A stretch of 64,000 nucleotides of DNA from Glycera tridactyla (Eukaryota), in the NCBI GenBank assembly GCA_965644265.1, contig OZ286475.1, positions 66,836,001 to 66,900,000 of the forward strand, given 5' to 3'. The notes under the pieces were generated by a model. That model did no database searches. It had not been told where the DNA came from and worked only from the letters and a program-made list of their open reading frames with translations. Positions 1 to 10,493 of this stretch are shown here, in pieces. A program made the translations under genes and the position numbers. The stretch's first letter is position 1, and each line of letters starts with the position of its first letter.

Positions 1-2429
1 GTTTTCGATTTGGCTTTAGATATTTTGCAATACACATTTTAGTGAAAAAATTTGAGCTCTTATTTCTCAATTTTCACCCAAAAAATGATTTTATGAAGGA
101 TTTGATACCTAACTGAAAATTGTGCCGATGTCGAATCGTCAAGCTCAATGAGATGTACATTTTGATACCAAACATGAGTGTAATCATGCAGTTTTGGCAT
201 TGCGCCAGGCCTTAAAAGGGAAAATCATTGATAAATTCTGATTTCGTTGCCATGGCAACCAGTCAAAAGTTGACATTTGCCTGTGGAATTTAGTATCAGT
301 GGTTAGGCTTGGTTGTGACCATTAAGAAAATATATCATTGTCTGTACGTTTCAAGTAATGGTGAGATGATTTTCAGGGTATACCTAAACCCGGTCATAAA
401 AATTCGAGAATTGGTAAGAACTGCATTAATTACTTGAGTGATTGCAATCATACTATTTCACCTTCAAATAGATCAACCATGATAACATTTAGATGAATTT
501 ACATTCATTTAAATGCATCAACCCATAGAGAGTACTCAATACGCACTGGCCAATAAATGTCAAATCATAAAGGATGAAATGATGAAGCTGGCATATGATG
601 ATATGAATGAGTGTCATTCAAAGATAATTTATCATGTGGTTAAAATGAAATGAAAATAGCGAGTCCCCACTCGATGTATAGGTGACTGTGTAGAATGGAA
701 CACCACAGGAAATGGAACCCACGTCCTCACGATATATGATAAGTGTTCGGACAAGAGTTACCAGTTTGTGTGTTCAATTGCAAGAGTAAATTGAATGTCT
801 GGTACCAGTAAAACTCAAATGTTAAGCTGTATCACACATGTGTGTTATAGAATGAATGTAGGAAATCACTGCAGTCATTCATGTAATGTGATGAAGGATA
901 GATCCTTATGGAGACTGTAAATGTAAATATTCTGTCAGCTGAACAGAAAAGTTGATTTACATCCCATGTGAAAAGGATGGACTCCTCTGCTACTCAATGA
1001 GGTAGAAGTGTAGCCTCAGCTTCCATCAGGCTGAGGGGTGAATGTCACACCATTGATAGAGTAGCATGTCCAACTTAATGAAGCATATGCAGTACTCACT
1101 GTAGGCAGTCAGGTAATCTACCTCATCCTATTTGAGGTCAAGAGATTATCATCTATAGGCACTGCACAAGAGCTGATGACATCATCGATGCTTCCTCAAA
1201 GGGAACTCATCAAAGGAGGTAGCTCTCAAGATGACTCCATCAAGTCATCATCAAAGAGAGCAGGCCGTGAGGTCCACGACCGATCTCCCTTCACACCTCA
1301 CACCAAATGTCGTACGAGCAGGCGTCCGCTGCAAGGACAGAAACACACGTGTCCAACACTTCACTACCACTGACAATCATTCAAAACAATTGGATTATAA
1401 CCCAAAATTTTTTGATTAATTTGCTTGCTTGCTGAGTTCCAAACAACCCCCCGTTGCATGTCACCCCTTGACTGTCCATCATTCAAAGTGAGAAGACAGC
1501 ATCCCACTACAGGATGCATCCACTAAGCTAATAGCAGAAACTAAGATGGTGACATTCCATGTCCCGTTGAAGGAATAGTTGTATGAGCCCAATCACCATA
1601 TGGCTAAGAAATAATTCCAAATTTCTTCAAAGACATTGGTAATCAAATTTGGCTAAGACCAAACAGTTCATTTAAAGTGGAGAGCCATTTCAGTGTCCCC
1701 CTCTTGGTTCACTATAAGGGCACTCTGCCAACACAGCTAAGTACCAATGAGGTAGGCATCAGATGAGCTGTAGCTGCAGGCAGTCAAAGTTCAACTAAGT
1801 CAAACAGCAGAGGTGGCCATTGATACAAGTTTGACGGCTCCAGCTGAGTGACCATGCAGGTTGGAGGGCTTGAAGAAAATCTAGTCCTGCCTACATAATT
1901 AGGAAAAAAATAACATGAGAAGCTATATGATTAAAGTATTTGTGGATGAACACAAGAAATCACATTTGAAGCAATTTAAATTCCTCAAAAAGTGTTTCTA
2001 AAGCTTCACAAAGTCAAAGTGAGTTTTCATTTTCAATGTGAAAATCAGCCAATTTGCACAGACTGGGAAAGTCTAGTGCTTGTGGTCACCTGATGCAACT
2101 GATCACCCTGCATTGTTCCTCCCCTCCACTCCACAATAGCAGGTCATCCAACCGATACAAATCAGCATGACCTCTATGTTCGAACAGAAGTGGGTGCACA
2201 TTTGTGTACTTGCATTCCTAGAGAATATACCCCAAATACAGGCTATTTGTAACTCAAAAGAATGCACAACTGTCAGTTGTCCTGCTTCAACACTCAGCGA
2301 AAATAATCTCAAACTGAAATGTTCCTGAACTTTCCTCTCCACTTTTGCACTAACCCATTTAGATTTCAATGAAGATTGGAATTGGTGGACAAATCCCTCC
2401 CAAATGTTTGATCTGTTCTGTTTTTTCTG

Positions 2430-2650
2430 ATGTATTGTCGGACAGACAGACAGACTGACAGATGGGCGGCGGACGCACAACCGGACGCACAGATGGACGC
2501 ACAGTTGGCGCACACACAGACATATGTACGAAGGGACAGTAGGCACAAAACTGACATACAGACATACGGATGGTTGGCCGACACACATACAGATGGGCAG
2601 CAAACACACAGACTGACGTGCAGACCGACAGACGAATGCACAGACAGTCA
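2430..2650 (+). repeat. GACA/GACG-rich compound microsatellite, probably the core of a Helentron-like non-autonomous element
   Basis: Run of gacagacaga/cagacggac/cacacagac variants; source of the spurious ORFs at 2103-2705. Confidence 0.7.
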
Positions 2651-3069
2651 TGTATCATTGTCAACAACTTCCCATCAGAAAACAAAAAGCTGGTTGTGTG
2701 CATAATCTCTAATATAGGGCATTCCTTTCACTCGGGCTGTTGACCTTGGTGGCTTCACGAGTGCAATCAAGCAGAGAGAAAAGCATGTTCATTTCACTCT
2801 AGCAGCAGCTGGCTGAGGTCAGACTTTACACAGTTAAAACACAACTTTTGGAGGAGAAGCAGTGACTTTCTGCTGCAGCTTTTCTACCAGAGATTACATT
2901 TTTGGTTGCAACTTATCTCCATCATTTATATCAGTCATTCTCTGGAAAATGGCTGCTCTGAATAAGGAATTTAAAGGATTAGAACCAGTCCTAACTTCAT
3001 ATTGTGATATATCGGGATGCCAGCTGTTCAGACACACCTCGCCCATCACAAGAATGGTCCATGTGAGTA

Positions 3070-3400
3070 ATGCTTATTCTTACTTCTGGAAATTCTGTCT
3101 CAGACAATTTCTTGAGGATAAATGCTCAAAGAGCTCATGTGGCTTATAGGAAGCCCCTCATGTCAGCTAATTATCCCAGCACTTATTCTTTCAAGAATCA
3201 TAAGTATAGCCAGGCCACAGGAGTTGAAATATCAATATCTAGCTTCAAAGCTATGATGCATGGAGTTCCCCAGGGCTTGATCCTAGGGCCACTGTTATTC
3301 ATTTTATATGCCAATTATCCACTGAAAATATGCAGTCGAAAGCTACCAATGAGGAAGAAATTGTGGTCAATCTCGGTGACGATAAATCCGACCTGAGTGA
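3070..3400 (+). mobile_element. Decayed LINE reverse-transcriptase fragment (CR1/L2 group)
   Basis: ORF 3070-3396 contains MMHGVPQGLILGPLLFILYANY, matching the RT motif GVPQGSILGPLLF..Y.ND; flanks are degenerate. Confidence 0.75.
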
Positions 3401-3578
3401 TCTGTTTGAATGCATGAAACTCACATTGAATACATGAAACTCATGTTAAATGCCGATATATGAAATATATGTTTGTTTGTTTGTATTATTAAACAGAATA
3501 CAAGTGCAATATTCAGCCAATCTGCAGCACGAGAATACCCTTTCGGAGGGGTGTGTGCTTATTGGAAAGAAGAAGAAG

Positions 3579-6500
3579 GTTTACACATAGCCGATTGTAG
3601 AGCCGAACTTGCACCGACGTCACTGTCGGCTGCGATCGCCCGAGACGTGGTAGAATGTTGTACTTCATCTTATGGCATCGTTGATGATCGTGCCTAGACC
3701 ATGAGTGGAATTTGATCGGCTCCAGTTTTTTGGTACCTACCAAAAAACTAGCCCCGACGATGCAGATGGTTACCGTCGGTTATTATTCTGTTCATACTCG
3801 GATCAAGTTTGGGCTAGTCGGTTGAATATCGTATGTAATCGGCGGAGAGTCGGGTATTGTCGGAAAAAGAAGTCGCCATCAAAAACATCGTAGCAACTTC
3901 GGCTCATTCCCTGCTCCTTCTCGGTTCAAACAAGCCTAACATCGGTTGTATATCTGCTGTGCCCTATTGTTGCCCTTGGGTAATCTTGCGAACGTTGCCT
4001 ATCATCGGCTGCAGACCTGTGGTAGTTGGTTCTATATCGGTACATGCTCCGTCAATCATCATGTATGAGCGGTTCTCTCCTGTCTTCTGTTCTATTCTTA
4101 ATTGCGCCAATCTCGGACCATTCTCGGTGAAATATCGTACGTATGTCTTGGTTGTGTAATCCTTCCAATTTGACAATGGAATTGAACCAGTCATCCGACA
4201 GGCTTGTAGGAGTATTCCCTCCTCTTCCTTTGAGATGCAACTTTGGCTAAAAGTTTATAACTGATAAAATCCCCATTACCAAGAACAGCAGGAAGCAATG
4301 TTACAGACTAACCGGGAATTTGTCCCATTTATCTCAAAAACTAAATAAATGGCATTGCTCCTGTGGATGATGTTCACAAAAATATACGTTATTCTAAAAG
4401 ATGTTATAAGCGTGATCAGTATTACATGTTGAATCCCATCGTTCACCAAGCTCTAATGAAATCATGAATCTATACTCGTTGTTCATACAGGGAACTCAAA
4501 TGTTGGTTCAAAAGTATAATGGACACATAAATAGAGTTGTAGATACATATTTAATTCGTAGAAATTCACATGAATAGATGCAAATGGTAGAACATAAATT
4601 GAATGAAACCGTATCGAATATCACAGTATCAGATTGACTGTCGTCAATAACACCCACAATTCAATAAATAATGTAATTCATACCACTCAGATCTGAGTCA
4701 AATATCACATATAGCTAATGGTGTTGAATTTATAATACATAAATACCAGTGAATACCAGAAGAGATAAACTCATAATACACAGATACACAGGATATTCAT
4801 GACCAAACAACCGAATTGAGGTACCTCATTGTAAAGGACAATTTCATTCCCCTAAGAGTTCAATGTTTGAAATTCAAACCTTATTGCCTATGACAGTATT
4901 CTCTTTGATCCAACGACGACTTGAGCGCTTGAGGAGTGGCCACTATGGATAGCTGGAACAAAACAAAGTCAAAGACACTGTGTCTAGATTGTTAGTGCAC
5001 TTTCGAGATATAAACTGGAAAAGTTAGGGTAAAAGACCCATGGTGAAGCACCGAACTTTTAAAGTTAATATGACTGGTGGCCACCTAGATGCAAGTATGA
5101 TGACGAACCACGGAGGTATGATGCATGTTCAGCTAGTATTTAATTGTAGCGAACACTGGAACGCGTAAAGCAGTTGAAGGAAGCGTATAGAGGATCAATC
5201 TATTCCTCTAAGGAAGCATATCCAAATCCATTGCTCGGATAGACGTGTCTCACCGTATAAGATAGCTAACTCTCACTTCTCATAAGTGGAGCTAGGGTGT
5301 CGATCACACCATCATCACAGCTAACCAAAAGTAGGCGTTACAGCCTATATCAGCTGCATCCGTAAGCCAGGAAGGCGAAGTGGTAATAACGTGGCCTGAA
5401 GAGTACGCACCTCTTCAGTTACGACATCTCAGACGTGCTGGTCGCTGCAAGAAGATAGAAAAAATCTCCTACCAACTGTCCAAGTATCATAAGAAAAAGT
5501 TTATTTGAAATAGCATCTTTAAACAACTCTAAAATGTTTAATTTGTTTGTTGCGTGCACTTAGTTACTTGCAATTGCCAGATCTATTATAGTGGGAAGGC
5601 AGGATCCCACTTTATTCCCCACTAACTAAATAGCTTTAAACTACAAGTTACCATTGATCAAGTTACTCGAAATATTTCAACAATCAGTTGAAGAGATTGT
5701 CAAAAGACAATCAGCAAGTATCACTGTTGAAAAGAAATCTCAATGCACTCAAGCCATTATCAACGGAGCGGGCACTAAGCCAACTAAGTCAATCAATCAA
5801 TGAATAAGGCATTAAAATATCATCAGCTGTATCAGAGAGAGCTAAGTTCACGGGGAATGAACTAGAAAGGTGAACACACCAAGTCCTCTCTCAGTCAGCT
5901 GGGATCATGATGCAGCAGCAATACAGCGAAAAAGTTGAAGTCCAACTGTCTGCATGAAAAGAGCAAGCACGCTTTTCAAAATCAAGAATAGTCAAGTTCT
6001 CATCAAATCAAATTCAAAAATTTGAATAAATTCTAAGTTAAGAATTCAAGATAGAGAAATTAATCTACTCAGAACAGGTGGTCTTTATAGACAGATTCAG
6101 ATGAAGTTACCACTCACCGAAGCAAGGGGCAAGATCTGAAATCAACACAAGTTCCCCCTCCCCGTCACTGTGAGTATGACCTACCTAACATAGACCGGAA
6201 CGCACTAAGTCACAGCTGCAGCAGCAGCGGGGTCTAAGTTCCGATCTACCAAGTCCGTGCTAAGTTCGGATTCTAAAATTCACCAAATCCCAATTTCAAC
6301 TCATTTCAAGCCATTTGGTGATGGCTAAAGTCGAAATTAGTCATGTAATTCCAGAAATATAAGAGCGAAATGCATTTACATGCAGTCCCATATGTCACAA
6401 ACCACAAACACAAATGTGCTTACGGGGTAAGACCATGTGTAAGTCCAGTAAGCATCGCGCTAAGTTTCAGTCAACGCGCTAAGTTTGCGCTGTCAAATCA

Positions 6501-9402
6501 CAAATAGCGTTAAAGCCAGCACACTGAAGTTCTACAAAAGCAATCCGCAGATAACGAGAAACAACTCCGATCAATTCTAAAGCAGCTAAAAGCTTTTATC
6601 AAAAGTGAAAAAGTTTCAAACTTGTTGAAAAGTGTAAAGTGGATCGGAAGCTCAAAGTGAGGCTCATACGTGTGGTGGATGGAAATCCAAAATGGCGGAT
6701 TGTTTACATCTGACCGATCAGTCAGAAACAGCTGTTCATTCCAGAACGCTCAGAAAGTATTTCGGAGCTCAAATGAAAGCGCATAGCAGCTTATTCATTA
6801 CGGAAGCAAAACAATTACAAATACAGCAGTTTGAAGGTCTAAAATCATTCCAAAAGAATTTTCCTTCGAAATCACAGATCAACGTGATGTCACAGATCAT
6901 ATAGACCGAAAATCTCAAAGTGGTCACATGTTACAGGTTGGTCTCAATACGGAGGTTTCACTCGAAAATTAGGTCACGGGACTTAGAGACCTTACACAAG
7001 ACTAAGCAAGCTTAGGACGGGTCCGTGCTTAAGATATACAGCGCTTAGGACAGAAATCAAGCTTATCAGAGTGGACCTTCTCCCAAAAGTCTAAATTCAG
7101 GCCGGGCACATGAATCACAAGCAGGCACTACGTGTAAACAAAATAAGCCTCGGTTTGTCGTCTCTCCTACGTGTCTATTACAAGTACGAGCACCAAAAAC
7201 ATACCACCGGATCTTCAATTGACAAATACGACAGTTGTGGTCATAGAAATTGAAATACCATCAAGCTAGCATTTGACCGTTAACATACAAGCTTTACAAG
7301 CCGAAATAGATTCAGAAAACTGAAATTGAAGCATATTTGATCGGTCTATCAATCGATTAATCGATTAATCGATCGGTTAACCGTCAAAGAATTCCAGATT
7401 TTCACACCATATGAATGACGTTAGAGTATTACCTTCTCTAAACAAGCCGTTTCAATGAAAATACGGTTTTCAATAAAGAATTTCACTCGGAAAAGAAAAG
7501 ATTGACTGGATCTCTATCCATATGATCAGGGAAGCTAAAGAAAACAGATCAGCTGTGTGTGCTATCTACGAAACCAGCAGCATAGTTCACCTGAACGGTG
7601 ACCTGGTTAGTACACATGACAGCGAGCTGACATTGTCATACCGAGATAGACATGTTCATTTCAACTCAGCCCACATGGACTGGTAGAGTTGCCGGGGTCT
7701 ATAAACACACAGTTTCAGAGAGAAAATAAACAGTCGTCTCTGCCGTTGTTTCAACTGAAAAAGATCTTACAGAAATATTCCTTTCACATACTTATTCCTA
7801 TTAGGAAATCCCGTGAATATAATCGAATTTTGAATGATTCAATTATCTCATTAACCTAGAAATCCAAGATATTTCTTGATGATCAGAATCTGATTCGTAG
7901 GAGCTATATTGAGACGTGTTAGCAGTTGATACACACAGCTTCTCTCACCCGGAGGATTCAGTAAGTCCAAGCTTTAAATACAATTTTACAAATTCCTGCA
8001 TAGCCCTGTTCCACCCATACTGGCGTACTGGACCGGGAACAATACTGGAGGAACACGACCTAGTTCCACGCAGTTCCACTTGTTCTAAATTCACCGGAAC
8101 AGCACAGGGAATTAACAGGAACAGCTAGAACTACCGATATTTACGAGAATTATCAGCTAATCGTTTTAGATCAGGACGGCATTTATGGAACAAAATCCTA
8201 TCATCCAAAATGATCCAAAAACATCCAAAACATGCACAATTAAGATTTTGACCACGTATGCTCGAAAAACGGTACATTCAACACAAAACATGGAAGATCC
8301 GATGACATGGAATGGCATGCTACTAAAAATGGCCATTGGGGCAAATATGAATAATGACTCCTAATAAAGCCTCCTATAAGGATCCTAAACAGTTCGAATC
8401 TCATAAACACTTACTCAATGTTGTAGAGCTCAATGTGATATACCGGAGTCCATCACTTAGTCCAAGGCAGCGTTCTTGGAGAAGCTAGGTTGTCACAGCT
8501 TCCGACTCCTTCAGCTCAGGTGCGTACTCTTCAGGACAGAATTTCCAAGTGCCAGAATTCCTGTCTGGAACACTTTTATGTAACCGTCCCGAAGAGCCAG
8601 CAAAGAGCGGGAAAAAAGAGCGGGAAGAGCGATGTCAACCTCTCCAAGTCAGCTTTCTCGAATGTAATCGCTCGAGACTTTCCTAGATACATTTCAGAAG
8701 AATTTCTGAGAAAACCAGTACATTCCATGTTTATTTCATGTCATTTTCCTCCTGCGCGACTCCGAGCTCCTCCTGCTCAGGGGAGTCGTTCACTAGACTA
8801 TGTGATCAACGTTATCGGCAAAAAACCGTCCGATAAACGGCCTACACCTCGGACTAACAATTTTGCCTCGGAAGATACATTTCCCATCTTCGGGATATCT
8901 TTAGCCCTGCTTCAGATACGTATCATGTAAAAATATGGTCTTCCTACGTCCATTATTCATGGAGATATCGCAGTTTCCCTGTTTCACCCTAGAAACACTG
9001 CAAGCTGGGCACCCTCCGAGTATGGCGAGTCTACCGCGTGTAACTCGAGCATTAGTTCCCACACCAACAGCCTAATAGGTAAAACAACCATTTTTAGGAA
9101 AATAACTGGATCACCTATATTTTTCAACTAATACAAGTGAAAATATCTCGTGCTTCTGGAGTAGAAAGGAATCTATACCATTCCTGGTAGCGAAAACTAG
9201 TGCTGCGGGCCTCAAAAGAGGAATTCCACAAATTCCGCTACCTGGAATCCCTATATTGTTTATGTTATTCTAACTAACGTCACGTCGTCGAAAACGTGGC
9301 GTTACAGTTGATTTATCGGTGGCAATTCAGAGCTGATAGCGAACGAGCTAGAAGTGACGAAAGATTGGCCAGACATCGGGGAAAGGTCTTGTATGTGTAA
9401 AC
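3579..9402 (+). mobile_element. Copy 1 of an unclassified non-autonomous repeat with GTTTACACATA...TATGTGTAAAC ends, split by the 4155-9306 insertion
   Basis: 11-bp inverted ends at 3579 and 9392-9402; 3581-4150 aligns by eye with 13054-13800, and 9307-9402 with 12955-13047. Confidence 0.7.
4155..9306. mobile_element. 5152-bp non-coding LTR-like insertion (TGTAAT...GTTACA) with 4-bp TSD GTTG
   Basis: GTTG at 4151-4154 and 9307-9310; TGTAA/TTACA inverted dinucleotide-type ends; host repeat resumes after 9306; no recognisable ORF inside. Confidence 0.65.
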
Positions 9403-9800
9403 GGCCGCAGCAATATCGGCTCATTCCCTGCTCATAAAGGCTTCATAAAGGCTTCATAAATACTTTATTTCGAAGTGTATCTCAGATACATCTCCCCTTC
9501 AAAAGTGGGAGGGAAACATATACATACTATCTTATACAATAGTATCCCAGGTGGAACATAGTAAAGCGATACAACACAAAAAATATGAGTTGCTTGCTCT
9601 GATGGTGAACAAGCAGGAAATGGAGACACATTTATAACAGCATGAGTGTTTTGAGCATGAACAGGTTGGCTATAGATGAAATTCCACCGAACATCTTCTT
9701 TCAATGTAACAATGTTCCAAGACAAAGACTATGACAGTGTAAACGATACCTTTGGAGGGGATGAGCTGTGTTTTGATATCATTGGTGAAAAGGGTTGAGA

Positions 9801-10493
9801 TTATAAATAAAAAGGTTCTGCATTTATTCGTTTTTTGAAAATATGAATGCTCTCTGAAGACTTGATGTTTGGGGTGAGACCATTATAGGCTCTGGATCCT
9901 CTGACCGCCATGCGGCGATCAGCGATCAAGTTATTTGACCGAGGGATTTCCAGAAATCTCCCAATTTGTCTTCGCGTGACCGGTCCCTCTTGAATGACTC
10001 GATAGGTAAAAAGAGAACAGAGCTCTTCGGGTAGTAAGTTGTGAGTTCCCTGGTAGACGGTGGTGCAGATATGCTTATGGCGCCTGGTCTTGAGAGTGTC
10101 TGAGTCTAGTTCACGGTGCATTTCACGCACACTCCTCAGCTGTTCAGCTTGTAAAACAATTCGGCAACCAGCATTCTGCACCTTCTGGAGTCTTTCTGAG
10201 TCTCGTTGTGTTAATACGTGGTAGGCAACATCACAGTAATCCATCACAGGCAGAACAAGGGATTTAAAGAGCATCAGGGAAGTTTCCTGATTAATATTAT
10301 TTCTAGCTCTGCCGATGATGGATAACTTACTTATACAGTTTCCCACAAGGTTGGTAATATGATGGCTGAAATTGAGAAGACTGTCGACCCATACACCTAG
10401 ATATTTGAACTTGTCTACCCGTTCAAGGCGTGTCCCATGCATTATCATGGCCATATTGTGCATTTTTGAGGGCGACTGCCAAAAAGCATCCAC
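9801..10493 (-). CDS. LINE ORF2 C-terminal part, in a shifted frame
   Basis: LERVDKFKYLGV and LPVMDYCDVAY...LQKVQNA motifs continue the RT/thumb region. One extra base in the T5 run at 10463-10467 would fuse the two frames. Confidence 0.9.
   Translation of the reverse strand: MDAFWQSPSKMHNMAMIMHGTRLERVDKFKYLGVWVDSLLNFSHHITNLVGNCISKLSIIGRARNNINQETSLMLFKSLVLPVMDYCDVAYHVLTQRDSERLQKVQNAGCRIVLQAEQLRSVREMHRELDSDTLKTRRHKHICTTVYQGTHNLLPEELCSLFTYRVIQEGPVTRRQIGRFLEIPRSNNLIADRRMAVRGSRAYNGLTPNIKSSESIHIFKKRINAEPFYL

Noticed and set aside
1290-2240. Possible minus-strand terminal exons (acceptor at 1328 giving DACSYDIWCEV*; segment ~2105-2218 giving ECKYTNVHPLLFEHRGHADLYRLDDLLLWSGGEEQCR)
   Set aside because: Plausible acceptors, but the phases do not link, there is no recognisable family and no upstream exons were found.
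5396-5420. Hammerhead ribozyme or retrozyme reading of CTGAAGA here and of CTGATGA...GAAAC at 46452-46471
   Set aside because: The first has no downstream GAAA core; the second lacks a G-C closed stem II and borders a gap.
5343-8578. Internal region of a conventional two-LTR retrotransposon bounded by 4155-5342 and 8579-9306
   Set aside because: The two blocks are not direct repeats, and I found no tRNA-complementary TGG primer site or polypurine tract at either boundary on either strand.
8490-8930. 146-aa plus-strand ORF in the LTR-like element
   Set aside because: Non-ATG (TTG) start, no recognisable gag or other motif.
10463-10467. Programmed ribosomal frameshift in the LINE
   Set aside because: No canonical X-XXY-YYZ slippery site; a one-base homopolymer deletion or sequencing error is simpler.
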